NCBI GenBank assembly: GCA_964401485.1
Contig: CAYNYL010000001.1
Span: 2,103 to 63,017, forward strand
Direction: 5' to 3'
DNA length: 60,915 nt
Source: an uncultured Gammaproteobacteria bacterium
GTDB taxonomy: Bacteria; Patescibacteriota; Patescibacteriia; UBA9934
Shown piece by piece: positions 34,288-44,227 of this stretch. The notes below the pieces were generated by a model. That model was not told the DNA's origin. It saw only the letters and a program-made list of their open reading frames with translations, and made no database searches. Position numbers and translations under genes: made by a program. How positions within the stretch are numbered: position 1 is the stretch's first letter; every line of letters begins with the position of its first letter.

Positions 34288-36906
34288 CTACATCTTTAGA
34301 TCGGCACGATATTGCTTCACTGTCTTTAGGAGCGACGGATTGACCGTAAGGTCACTCGCCTGATCGACAATCTCTCCCATTGTAAGTCCGCTCAATTGTT
34401 CCGCATCAACTTGAATCACGAAGTTTGTTCTCCACTTCGCTCCGAAAATACTCGCAATCACCGCCTCGCTTGCAAATGGACGAAGCGTCGGGCGTGCAAC
34501 ATTTCCCGAGGAGCCATCGATCCAGTAGTACACCCCGGAAGCGTATAAAATCAATGTTCCCGGCTTTGGTAGTACATATTCTTCCCCAAGAGGCATCTGT
34601 CGGATCGAGGCGCGTTCGAGCGAATCAATTTGTGAAACCGGCTCCCAGGTCTGCATTACAAGCGCGGAAAGAACTCGATACGCCTCAGACCCGTCTTCAG
34701 CGATGTAGAAATATTGATTTCCATTGTTCATTCTTACAAATTCGCCGTAGTGGGCAACAAGCTCCGCTGTCCGCGTTGAGAATACTCCAGCCCTGTAAAT
34801 CACTTTATTCCCCGCCTGATCCCGAGCAACGACAACGATTGGATACTCGGTATTTACTTGCAACCCAGTTAATTCAAACGAGGTCACACCAGTAACCGTC
34901 GAAATGAGCGCGGCATTAGTCGCGACACGTGGCAATGTGTTAATCGGTAGATTTCCAGTCGGCTTGTAGATGTCATAGCTTATTTGAGATGCCTGTGACA
35001 CGTCATCCGTCGCCTCAACCCACGAAAGGCCAATCGTCGTTTCACCAACACTCACAGCCTTAATCACACGATCGGAAAGAGTCGGAGCAACCCGATCGAC
35101 AACCGCCTCGGTCGACTGCGTAAGTTGCGAATAAATCGATTTGGTCAAATCATTGTCGCGCACAATAACGGCAAACCGATACTCCGTTCCCGGCTGAAGA
35201 CCTGACACTATTTTCGAGGTGATACCGGACTGAGGTGCCCCAGCGGAAATTCCGTTCGTTTCCGCTGCCAAAACCGTCGAAAGGTCATTTGAAGAGACAG
35301 CATAGCGCACTTCATACACGAGTTGGTCAGAAGGAGTCGTGTCATCGGTAGCCGGCGACCAAGAAATCGTAACTGAATTTGACCCAACTGCGGATGATTG
35401 CAATGTTCCCGAACCAGGAACAGAAGGAGGAACAGGGAGCGGAGCACCGCCGCCGCCCGACCCTCCGGAACCACTTCCACCAGAACCCGACGATCCACAC
35501 GTCGCCTCCCCGTCAAGGAAGAGAACGTACGCCGATCCACGACCATTACCCCCATCGTCATCCGCATGCGCCCCCGCTAAAAGATCGCAAATCCCGTCCC
35601 CGTTCAAGTCGCCAAAACCTGAAAGCGCAGACCCAAAGAAATCTGTATCATCAAGTGGTGCCGTAAAGTTTCCAGCGGTATCAGAAATTTTTTGATACGA
35701 GGAGACCGTTCCATCCGAATTCATCATCGCGACATAGATTGCCCCGCGATTCGTTCCTCCATCATCGTCGCTTTGTGCGCCAATCGCAAGATCCGGAACT
35801 CCGTTATTATCCAAATCTCCAACTTTTGTAACAGCCACCCCGGCAAAGTCTCCCGCATCAAGCGTCGGATAAATATTCGTGTAATGATCGATCGTGCCGT
35901 CGGTATTTAGGAAGAAGATGAACGCTGATCCTGCATTAACGGCAGGGGCATCTTCAAGATACGCGCCGACCGCAAGCTCATTCACTCCATCGCCGTCGAG
36001 ATCACCAACGTTCGCGACGGAAACTCCGAACTGATCCGCACCCGTGCCGGCACCTGAGAGCGCCCCGACAAACCCCGTCGTCGTATCGCTTATCTTCACT
36101 TCAGAGTCAACCGTTCCGTCCGTATTCATGAACAAAATGTAAACGGCACCCAAATCCAGTCCGCCATCATCATCATTTTGCACTCCAACCGCAAGATCGA
36201 TCGTTCCATCTCCATCGACGTCCCCCATGTTTGCCACCGACATTCCGAATAGATCCTGGTTATCTAGAGTGCCGCCAAATCCGCCGTCCGTATCCGAAAT
36301 CTTTTGATAGGACGCGACCGTCCCATCCGTGTTCATAAATAGAATATAGAGCGCACCACGATCAACTCCGCCATCATCGTCTCCAGTTGCACCAACCGCG
36401 ATATCGATCACTCCGTCACTATTCAGGTCTCCGATGCCTGCAATTGCCATTGCGGAAAATCGATCATTATCATCAAGCGTCGCGGTAAATCCGCCTTCCG
36501 TATCAGAAATCTTTTGATAGGACGCGACCGTCCCATCCGTGTTCATGAATAGAATATAGACCGCCCCACGATTCGCTCCCCCATCATCGTCACCCCGCGC
36601 CCCAAGGGCGATATCAGCAACGCCATCCTCGTTCAAATCGCCAATGACGCTCACGGCGTGACCAAGATTGTCGGTATCATCGAGCGTCGCGGTAAATCCG
36701 CCTTCCGTATCAGAAATCTTTTGATAAGACAAAACCTCACCGTTTGCTTGAAGCGCAATTCCCCACGAGATGACAAACGCAACAACCGCGGCAACCGCGG
36801 TCATTCCAAGGACCATGCCCGGCGAGAACGGAGAGAATCGAACCGTTTCTTTTTTCCTTAACGATTTACCCGATTTCTTTTTCGCCGCCGACCGTGTTTT
36901 TTTCAT
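34288..36906 (-). CDS. FG-GAP repeat protein with two FN3 domains and CPR surface module
   Basis: Six FG-GAP-like repeats; ISWSPATDD...LQPGTEY; LSWVEATDD...LQVNTEY. Confidence 0.85.
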   Translation of the reverse strand: MKKTRSAAKKKSGKSLRKKETVRFSPFSPGMVLGMTAVAAVVAFVISWGIALQANGEVLSYQKISDTEGGFTATLDDTDNLGHAVSVIGDLNEDGVADIALGARGDDDGGANRGAVYILFMNTDGTVASYQKISDTEGGFTATLDDNDRFSAMAIAGIGDLNSDGVIDIAVGATGDDDGGVDRGALYILFMNTDGTVASYQKISDTDGGFGGTLDNQDLFGMSVANMGDVDGDGTIDLAVGVQNDDDGGLDLGAVYILFMNTDGTVDSEVKISDTTTGFVGALSGAGTGADQFGVSVANVGDLDGDGVNELAVGAYLEDAPAVNAGSAFIFFLNTDGTIDHYTNIYPTLDAGDFAGVAVTKVGDLDNNGVPDLAIGAQSDDDGGTNRGAIYVAMMNSDGTVSSYQKISDTAGNFTAPLDDTDFFGSALSGFGDLNGDGICDLLAGAHADDDGGNGRGSAYVLFLDGEATCGSSGSGGSGSGGSGGGGAPLPVPPSVPGSGTLQSSAVGSNSVTISWSPATDDTTPSDQLVYEVRYAVSSNDLSTVLAAETNGISAGAPQSGITSKIVSGLQPGTEYRFAVIVRDNDLTKSIYSQLTQSTEAVVDRVAPTLSDRVIKAVSVGETTIGLSWVEATDDVSQASQISYDIYKPTGNLPINTLPRVATNAALISTVTGVTSFELTGLQVNTEYPIVVVARDQAGNKVIYRAGVFSTRTAELVAHYGEFVRMNNGNQYFYIAEDGSEAYRVLSALVMQTWEPVSQIDSLERASIRQMPLGEEYVLPKPGTLILYASGVYYWIDGSSGNVARPTLRPFASEAVIASIFGAKWRTNFVIQVDAEQLSGLTMGEIVDQASDLTVNPSLLKTVKQYRADLKM

Positions 36907-36907
36907 A

Positions 36908-37369
36908 TTATGTTGTTGGATTGATTTTCTTTAGAACGATTTGTACCGCTTCGCGAACGCGTGCGCCGTCAACAAGTCCCTTAAGATCACCCATAACAAC
37001 TCCCATCGCTCTTCCAACATCTTTCAAATCATCCGTCGTTTTCTCTCCAAGAATTTTCTCGATTCGCGCCTCGAGCTCTTCTTGCGACATCTCAGCCGGA
37101 AGGTAGCGTTTCAAAATAACGATTTCTTTTTCGTACTGCTCCGCAAGATCCGCGCGCGCACCCGTTACAAACTCCTTCGCCGCCTCCTGGAGCTTCTTCA
37201 CGTCCCCGCGAATAATCGAAACAACATCCGCGTCGGCAAGCTCCGTTTTAAGCTCAATCGCCTTGTTCTTAAGCGAAGACGATAGCATCCGAAGCGTATC
37301 AAGAACTTGTAAATCCTTATCACGCATCGCCTGCTTAATGTCTTCTTTAATTTGTTCCTGTAAATTCAT
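36908..37369 (-). CDS. GatB/YqeY domain protein
   Basis: True start MNLQEQIKEDIKQAMR; EIVILKRYLP; VGRAMGVVM; follows rpsU. Confidence 0.92.
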   Translation of the reverse strand: MNLQEQIKEDIKQAMRDKDLQVLDTLRMLSSSLKNKAIELKTELADADVVSIIRGDVKKLQEAAKEFVTGARADLAEQYEKEIVILKRYLPAEMSQEELEARIEKILGEKTTDDLKDVGRAMGVVMGDLKGLVDGARVREAVQIVLKKINPTT

Positions 37370-37386
37370 ATGGCTCAAGTATAAAC

Positions 37387-37415
37387 AAAACACGCTTCTT
37401 TTGGAAGCGTGTTTT
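37387..37415. terminator. 12-bp inverted repeat after rpsU
   Basis: AAAACACGCTTC-TTTTG-GAAGCGTGTTTT. Confidence 0.7.
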
Positions 37416-37421
37416 CCCGTT

Positions 37422-37670
37422 TTAGCGTCGAACCGTGCGCAAATCCTCTTCTTTAATCTTTCCGGTTTTGAGTTCGTACTCGAAGATTGCCTTCTTCTCG
37501 AGTCGTCGAATCGCACTCTTGTGGCGCTTCGTCTTACTCTCTTCTCGGGAGAAGAATCGGTTTGCCTTTGCATTCAAAAGCTTGCCGGATTGTTGCAAAC
37601 GCTTTGTAAAGCGTCGGAACAAGGCTTCAAAACTTTCTCCTTTCTTTTTTGTGACGTAAATATCTGACAT
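37422..37670 (-). CDS. rpsU: 30S ribosomal protein S21
   Basis: KKKGESFEALFRRFTKRLQQSG...RFF; rpsU-yqeY synteny. Confidence 0.85.
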   Translation of the reverse strand: MSDIYVTKKKGESFEALFRRFTKRLQQSGKLLNAKANRFFSREESKTKRHKSAIRRLEKKAIFEYELKTGKIKEEDLRTVRR

Positions 37671-37733
37671 AATTCACCTACTTTTTGTGGGTCGAGTGTA
37701 GCACGGGTCTTTTTCCCTGTCAATCTTCCCCCG

Positions 37734-39059
37734 TTATTCTCCAAGCATTTTCTTTACCATTGGAACGACCTTGTTTGAAGCAACGATTTCTTGCGCTCCA
37801 GACTCCATATCTCGAACAATAATCGTTCCATCGAGTACTTCCTTTTGTCCAAGGATCAGGGCAATCTTCGCCTTTCGCTTATCCGCGATTTCAAGTTGCG
37901 CCTTGAGCGATCCTTTTCCAAAGGCTTCTCCAACTTGAATTCCCGCCTCGCGGAACGCCTCGAAGATAAGCATTCCCTTGCGTCGCGCCGCGTCTCCGAG
38001 CTGGCAGAAAAAGACCGTTGTCTCGTAAATATCTGGCGCTTCGATTCCCGCCTCCTTCATCGCGAGAATGATGCGCTCAACTCCGATCGCAACTCCGATC
38101 GCTCCCTTCGCCTCCGGTCGAGCCCCAAGAAGCGTCAACAAATCATCATAGCGACCTCCGCCCGCAAGCGAATTCTGCGCCTTCTCGCCCGAGTCATTAA
38201 CCGATACGAACTCGAAAACGGTTTTTCCATAGTAATCGAGTCCGCGCACAAGGAACGGATCGAGCTCGTAGGCAACTTCCGCTTCGTCGAGATACTCAAG
38301 CACCTTCATAAAGTGCGTTTTTGAATCGTCGTCGAGCCAGTCGATAATCTGTGGAGCCTCCGCCATGAATGGCGCGATTTCCGGCTCCTTCGAGTCAAGA
38401 AGTCGAAGCGGATTCTTTTGCAGTCGCTTCTTATCCGTCTCCGAAAGGTGCTTTCGGAATTGCTTGAAGTAGCGCGAAAGTTCAGCGGTGTACTCGCGAC
38501 GCACAGCTGACGTTCCGATCGAGTTGATCTTTACCTTGACGGAAAGCCCAAGCTCTTTAAAGAGTCTGTCCACCATTAAAATAATTTGTGCATCTAAAAT
38601 TGGATCGTCACTTCCGATCGCTTCAAGTCCAAGTTGCCAAAACTGTCGGTAACGCCCCGCCTGTGGTCGGTCATAGCGGAACATTGGTTCAAAGTACCAA
38701 AGCTTTACCGGCTGTGGCTTATTAAGCATTCCGTGCTCGATATACGCACGAACAATTTGCGCAGTTGCTTCAGGACGCATCGAAACCTTCTCTCCCCCTT
38801 GATCGACAAATGAGAACATTTCTTTTTCGATGATATCCGTTCCCTTTCCTACCCCACGTTCAAAAAGCGACGTCTTCTCAAGATATGGAAGGCGAATTCG
38901 GTGAAAGCTGTACGAATTTGCAAAGCGAGCGCAAGCTTGCTCGACAGAATCCCAATACGCCTGCTCTTCCGGCAAAATGTCGCGGAATCCGCGAAGAAGC
39001 TCTGGAACTTTAGATTGTTTCTTTTCCCCCGATCCCTCCGCTACTTTTTTCGATGGCAT
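37734..39059 (-). CDS. hisS: Histidine--tRNA ligase
   Basis: RGFRDILP, MRPEATA, FRYDRPQAGRYRQF, VRGLDYY, GGGRYDDL, IGVERII. Confidence 0.98.
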   Translation of the reverse strand: MPSKKVAEGSGEKKQSKVPELLRGFRDILPEEQAYWDSVEQACARFANSYSFHRIRLPYLEKTSLFERGVGKGTDIIEKEMFSFVDQGGEKVSMRPEATAQIVRAYIEHGMLNKPQPVKLWYFEPMFRYDRPQAGRYRQFWQLGLEAIGSDDPILDAQIILMVDRLFKELGLSVKVKINSIGTSAVRREYTAELSRYFKQFRKHLSETDKKRLQKNPLRLLDSKEPEIAPFMAEAPQIIDWLDDDSKTHFMKVLEYLDEAEVAYELDPFLVRGLDYYGKTVFEFVSVNDSGEKAQNSLAGGGRYDDLLTLLGARPEAKGAIGVAIGVERIILAMKEAGIEAPDIYETTVFFCQLGDAARRKGMLIFEAFREAGIQVGEAFGKGSLKAQLEIADKRKAKIALILGQKEVLDGTIIVRDMESGAQEIVASNKVVPMVKKMLGE

Positions 39060-39061
39060 AA

Positions 39062-39673
39062 TTAATACAAGTACTCCGGCGTTTTAATCGCGCCCGCCTT
39101 ATCAAGCGGAAGTCCGCGAATCCATACTTTTCCGATAATTGCATCGGACGAAATCGCCCCAATCTTTCTTGAATCAAGGCTTGCGTCACGATTATCTCCA
39201 AGAACATAGAACTCATCGAGTCCAAGCGTCACCTTTTGGCGCCCATGGGTATACTCACTTAGATAATCTTCCCTTAGAATTACCCCATTTGGGTATTCCG
39301 CATTGTAAATACGGATGGTTCCCTCAATGATTTCAACCGTCTCTCCGGGTAGACCTATAACACGTTTTATGTAGTTTTGTCCAGGGTTATTTGGTGGTCG
39401 AAAGACAATCACATCGCCTCGCTTTACATCGGCAAAATGGTACGTAATTTCGTCCACAATCAAGTATTCGTCATCATGGAAATTTGGTTCCATGGACGCC
39501 CCCTTCACAATAAACGGCTTAATAAGGAAGATTCGGATCGGGATTACAATCGCCGCCGCAATCACCATGATCTGCAAAATTTCGACCATGAATAGGACCG
39601 CCGAACCAAAAGTCGCCCCAAAAAGTCGGTGCGCGAGACCTGGATTTTCCGATGAAGAGTTGCGAAAAAACAT
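39062..39673 (-). CDS. lepB: Signal peptidase I
   Basis: GASMEPNF, YIKRVIGLPGE, GDNRDASLDSR. Confidence 0.96.
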   Translation of the reverse strand: MFFRNSSSENPGLAHRLFGATFGSAVLFMVEILQIMVIAAAIVIPIRIFLIKPFIVKGASMEPNFHDDEYLIVDEITYHFADVKRGDVIVFRPPNNPGQNYIKRVIGLPGETVEIIEGTIRIYNAEYPNGVILREDYLSEYTHGRQKVTLGLDEFYVLGDNRDASLDSRKIGAISSDAIIGKVWIRGLPLDKAGAIKTPEYLY

Positions 39674-39726
39674 AAAAGTACTCGCATTATACCATTTTTT
39701 AAAAAAAGCGTATACTCACACTATCT

Positions 39727-41190
39727 ATGAATGAGGCAAGCATTGATTTTCTCAAGAAAAAGTACGATTTGGCCCCAAAACGCGTCCCAAAAAGTAAAAA
39801 ACGCTTGATTTTTAGAGGGCTTCTTCTTGCCTCCGTCCTTGGCGTCGCCCTTCTCTTTGCCGCGTCCTATCAAATCAGCCGATCCCAGTACCCCGACACC
39901 TCTTCCTCTCTCTCTTTTGCAAATACCCTGAGAAGCCTCGTTACTTCGGGTGACAAGACACTTTCCGGGGAAGAGGATGACCGAATCAACGTCCTTCTCC
40001 TTGGGATCGGTGGAGCTGGACATGAGGGTCCAGAGCTTACCGATACAATCATTCTCGCCTCATTCCGCCCCTCGACAAACGAGGTCGGAATGCTTTCTAT
40101 CCCTCGCGATCTCGTCGTGCCGGTTGACGGCTACGGCTATCGAAAGATCAACAACATTAACGCATTTGCGGAAGCCACCGAGAAAGGAAGCGGTCCGCTA
40201 GCCTCCGCCACCGCGGTTGAGGAATTATTCGGTCAAAAAATCGATTACTACGTAAAAGCTGACTTTTCAAGCTTCGAAGAATTGATTGATGCGGTCGGAG
40301 GAATCGACGTATTTGTTGATCGAAGCTTTGTCGACACGACCTACCCAACGGAAGACTACCTCGTCCAAACCGTTTCGTTTGAAAAAGGATGGGCACACAT
40401 GGATGGCGAGACGGCGCTTGCATTTTCGCGCTCCCGTCACGGAAACAACGGTGAAGGAACCGACTTTGCGCGCGCGGCTCGTCAACAAAAAATCTTACTC
40501 GCTGCAAAAGATAAAATTCTTTCCTCACAAGTGCTTCTCAACCCAAGCAAGCTCAACAAGATGATCGATCTCGTTACGAGCAATGTAAAAACAAACATGA
40601 CAGGATGGGAAATGCTCAAGTTTGCCCGCTTTGCCCCAAATATCGCAAATGACAACGTAAGCCACTACGTGCTTGACTCCTCCCCCGGAAGTCCGCTCTA
40701 CGCATCAACAATTAACGGAGCCTACGTACTCCTCCCAAGACGTGATGACTATTCCGAACTAAAGTCGATCGCCGAAGATATCTTCACCGAAGGAACGCCA
40801 TCCACTGTCGCTGAAGCCCCAAAGTCGCTCGAAAAGACCGCCACGGTCGAAATTAAAAACGGAACGACGACAACCGGACTCGCATTTGAAGCCTCCCTCC
40901 TCCTTGATACAGCGGGATTTGATATTGTCACAATCGGAAACGCCGACAGCAAAGACTACGAGACAACGATTATCTACGATTTAACGAACGGAAAAAAGGC
41001 GGATGAACTTGCGCGCCTAAAAGAATATCTTGAGGCGGAAATCCCCCTTACGCCGGGCGGATGGATCGCGAGTGACACCGTCGAACCACGAACCCTAACG
41101 CTTGACGAACCGCCAAGCGCCTCGGTACCGGGAATTGATTTCCTCGTAATTCTCGGCGCAAACGCGACCCCGCTCGTCCTCGCGAATTGA
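39727..41190 (+). CDS. LCP (LytR-CpsA-Psr) family protein with LytR C-terminal domain
   Basis: INVLLLG, TDTIIL, SIPRD, KINNIN, SRSRH, DFARAARQQ; VEIKNGT...GLA. Confidence 0.93.
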   Translation: MNEASIDFLKKKYDLAPKRVPKSKKRLIFRGLLLASVLGVALLFAASYQISRSQYPDTSSSLSFANTLRSLVTSGDKTLSGEEDDRINVLLLGIGGAGHEGPELTDTIILASFRPSTNEVGMLSIPRDLVVPVDGYGYRKINNINAFAEATEKGSGPLASATAVEELFGQKIDYYVKADFSSFEELIDAVGGIDVFVDRSFVDTTYPTEDYLVQTVSFEKGWAHMDGETALAFSRSRHGNNGEGTDFARAARQQKILLAAKDKILSSQVLLNPSKLNKMIDLVTSNVKTNMTGWEMLKFARFAPNIANDNVSHYVLDSSPGSPLYASTINGAYVLLPRRDDYSELKSIAEDIFTEGTPSTVAEAPKSLEKTATVEIKNGTTTTGLAFEASLLLDTAGFDIVTIGNADSKDYETTIIYDLTNGKKADELARLKEYLEAEIPLTPGGWIASDTVEPRTLTLDEPPSASVPGIDFLVILGANATPLVLAN

Positions 41191-41223
41191 CGTAGGGACT
41201 AATTAATGCAATACTAGCCCGCT

Positions 41224-42594
41224 ATGTCTAAGCACGTCCCGACAATTGCCCTCGTTGGTCGAACGAACGTCGGAAAATCCACCCTGTTTAACCGGCTCAT
41301 CGAGGAACAAAAGTCCCTCGTTTCACGCACCGCCGGAACTACCCGCGACCGATTTGAAGGACGCTGTATTTGGCGTGGACGTGCAGTCCGAATCGTTGAC
41401 ACGGGCGGACTCGATGTAAAGAGCGATGACATTTTGAACCTCGAAACAATTAAGCAAGCGGAGCTCGCGATCAAGGACGCCGACGTCCTCGTTTTCATTG
41501 TTGACGCACAAACAATCCCACAAACCGCCGATCGCGAACTCGCCCTTCAATTTCTTAAATCGAAAAAGCCCGTCATCTTCGCCGCAAACAAGGCAGACAA
41601 CGGACGAATTCGTGCCTCGCTTCAGGGAGAGGAATGGGCACGCTTCCCTCTTAAGAATCCGTTCCCGCTTTCAGCACGTCAAGGAAAAGGAGCAGGGGAT
41701 CTTCTCGATGAAGCATTCCGCCTCCTTGAAGAACAAGGAAAGCCCGCCGTTGAAATTATTGATCACGCCTCAACGCGCGTCGCGGTCATCGGCCGACCAA
41801 ACGTCGGAAAATCCACCCTTCTAAACCACATCGTTGGAGAGGAACGTTTTATCGCTAGCGACGTCGAGCATACGACCCGCGGACCAAACGACATCACGAT
41901 CGAAAAAAATGACAAGCGCTACACGTTCGTTGATACGGCAGGAATTAGAAAGATGGCACGAATTAAAGCCGGCGACTCAAAGCTCGAACTCTCAGGCGTT
42001 GACCACAGCCTTCGCGCGATGAAAAAAGCCGACGTGATTTTATTTGTCATCGACACTTCAAAAGCAATCAAACACCAAGATAAATTTCTTGCAGGAGAAA
42101 TTGACCAAGCAGGAAAAAGCGTTGTGATTATCGCAAATAAATGGGACCTAATTCCGGACAAAGATACAAATACAATCAACAAGTACGAGGATTACATTCG
42201 AGACAAATTCCCGGGACTCTCCTACGCACCAATCATTTTTACGAGCGCACTTTCCGGGAAACGCGTCGCAACAATTTTTGACATGATCGACGAGCTCTAC
42301 CGTGCACGCTTTATCGAGCTAACAGCCGAGCAAACGAAGGAGTTTATCTCCCGCGCGATTATGGCCCACAAGCCGTCTCGTGGAACCGGCGTTGCCCATC
42401 CAAAGATCACCTACTTTAGGCAAACTCGCGTCAATCCACCGGTATTCGAACTCGGAATCAAACAACTTCGTCGCGATAATATTGCGGATTCCTACCTGCG
42501 ATTTCTCAAAAATCAGCTAAGAAGCTATTATCAGTTTATCGGAACGCCGATTATTATCCGCGTGTCTCCGCGCAAAAAATCGCATACCACCTAA
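41224..42594 (+). CDS. der: Ribosome biogenesis GTPase Der (EngA)
   Basis: Two GTPase domains: GRTNVGKST and GRPNVGKST, DTGG/DTAG, NKAD/NKWD. Confidence 0.97.
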   Translation: MSKHVPTIALVGRTNVGKSTLFNRLIEEQKSLVSRTAGTTRDRFEGRCIWRGRAVRIVDTGGLDVKSDDILNLETIKQAELAIKDADVLVFIVDAQTIPQTADRELALQFLKSKKPVIFAANKADNGRIRASLQGEEWARFPLKNPFPLSARQGKGAGDLLDEAFRLLEEQGKPAVEIIDHASTRVAVIGRPNVGKSTLLNHIVGEERFIASDVEHTTRGPNDITIEKNDKRYTFVDTAGIRKMARIKAGDSKLELSGVDHSLRAMKKADVILFVIDTSKAIKHQDKFLAGEIDQAGKSVVIIANKWDLIPDKDTNTINKYEDYIRDKFPGLSYAPIIFTSALSGKRVATIFDMIDELYRARFIELTAEQTKEFISRAIMAHKPSRGTGVAHPKITYFRQTRVNPPVFELGIKQLRRDNIADSYLRFLKNQLRSYYQFIGTPIIIRVSPRKKSHTT

Positions 42595-42595
42595 T

Positions 42596-43129
42596 ATGTA
42601 CTTGATCGTCGGGCTTGGAAATCCGGATCCCCACTACAAATACACACGCCACAACTTTGGCATGCTCGCCGTTGACGCCTACGTTGACGGGCTCAAGGAA
42701 TCCTTTTCTCGCTCCGCCGAACTTCGCGCCGATCTCGTTGAAACAAAATTAAACGACAAGAAGGTGATTTTCATGCGCCCACGCACGTACATGAACGATT
42801 CCGGATCCGCCGTTCGCGCCGTAATCGATGCATTCAAAATCCCAACACAACAAGTGCTCGTCCTTTACGACGACACAACCCTCCCGTTTGGCGAAATCGA
42901 TCTTCGCGCAACACAATCAAGCGCTGGCCATAACGGGATGAAATCGATCTACCAACATTGGCCGTCTGGTGCACCGCTCCCCTACCGTCTTCGAATCGGA
43001 ATCGACGAACCGCCACAGCAAATGGAGAAGGCGGATTTTGTTCTTTCGTCTTTTTCGAAAGAAGAGCGCGCGAGCCTTCCCGAAATTTTTGTCAAAACCG
43101 GATCGGCGATTGATCATTTTATTGCATGA
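42596..43129 (+). CDS. pth: Peptidyl-tRNA hydrolase
   Basis: IVGLGNP, TRHNFG, TYMNDSG, AGHNGMKS, RLRIGI. Confidence 0.97.
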   Translation: MYLIVGLGNPDPHYKYTRHNFGMLAVDAYVDGLKESFSRSAELRADLVETKLNDKKVIFMRPRTYMNDSGSAVRAVIDAFKIPTQQVLVLYDDTTLPFGEIDLRATQSSAGHNGMKSIYQHWPSGAPLPYRLRIGIDEPPQQMEKADFVLSSFSKEERASLPEIFVKTGSAIDHFIA

Positions 43130-44223
43130 CCTCGCTTGATCTTCCAGAGAAGGCCTATCTTGTCGCCCTCGCCCACTTTCCGCAAATTGGATCCCGACGC
43201 GGGGCACAGCTTCGAAGTCAGCTTGGCACCATCTCTCATGCGTTTTCAGCCCCGAAGGAACGACTTCTTGAAACCGGACTTCCCGTTTCCGTTCTTGAAG
43301 CGTTTTGTCATTGGCGCGAAACGATCCATGTCGCAGACCTCTACCAGCAGGCATTAAGCTACGGTCTTACGCTTATTACAGAAGAAGACGACTCGTACCC
43401 CGCTCTTCTAAAAAAGATCCCAGATCCCCCGCTCCTTCTATTTGTCGAAGGAACGCTCCCAAAAAATGATACGCCATTTATTTCTATCGTAGGGTCGCGC
43501 TTCGCGACCGCCTATGGCCAACGGGTCGCGAAAGATTTCGTGACAGCGTTTGCGAAGGCGGGGCTTACGCTCGTAAGCGGGCATGCCTACGGGATCGACG
43601 AGATGGTCCATAGAACCGCCATCGCGAACGGACGTGCAAGTGTTGCCGTCCTCGCCTCAGGGCACAGTGAACTCACTGGTCGTCAACGCGAAATCGCAAA
43701 CGCAATTCTCGCACAGGGAGGGGCAATTATCTCCGAATTCCCTCTCGGGACTCCCGCGCTCAATTTCCACCACCCGATTCGTAATCGAATTATTTCGGGC
43801 ATGTCAGCAAAGACGGTGATTATCGAGGCTGGACTTAAATCAGGCTCGATCATGACCGCAAACCTTGCAATCGATCAAGGTCGCGACGTATACGCGGTCC
43901 CAGGCTCGATTTACGCTCCAACCTCGGCCGGAACCAACTTCCTTCTTTCTCGAGGAGCGTTCCCCGCGATCTCTCCCGAAGAAATTATTGAGTCGCTCGG
44001 ATTCGTCGTTGGCGGAACAACGGCAATTCCCGCAAAACGCCAGGAGACGGATTCAAAAGAAGTCTCCGCCATTCTTCCGCTTCTTTCACGCCAGCCAATC
44101 CATATTGATGAACTCGGGAGACGCGCCGGACTCACCGCCCAAGAAGTCGCAATCGCCCTCTCCGAACTTGAGGTGACTGGACGAATTCACCAAATTGGTG
44201 GAATGTATTATATTCTTGTCTAA
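43126..44223 (+). CDS. dprA: DNA-processing protein DprA
   Basis: IPDPP, IVGSR, VSGHAYGID, RNRIISG, SGSIMTA, AVPGSI; C-terminal winged helix. Confidence 0.95.
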   Translation: MTSLDLPEKAYLVALAHFPQIGSRRGAQLRSQLGTISHAFSAPKERLLETGLPVSVLEAFCHWRETIHVADLYQQALSYGLTLITEEDDSYPALLKKIPDPPLLLFVEGTLPKNDTPFISIVGSRFATAYGQRVAKDFVTAFAKAGLTLVSGHAYGIDEMVHRTAIANGRASVAVLASGHSELTGRQREIANAILAQGGAIISEFPLGTPALNFHHPIRNRIISGMSAKTVIIEAGLKSGSIMTANLAIDQGRDVYAVPGSIYAPTSAGTNFLLSRGAFPAISPEEIIESLGFVVGGTTAIPAKRQETDSKEVSAILPLLSRQPIHIDELGRRAGLTAQEVAIALSELEVTGRIHQIGGMYYILV

Positions 44224-44227
44224 CTCT

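Noticed and set aside
37370-37573. N-terminal extension of YqeY overlapping rpsU
   Set aside because: Alternative frame of rpsU; YqeY homology begins at ATG 37369.
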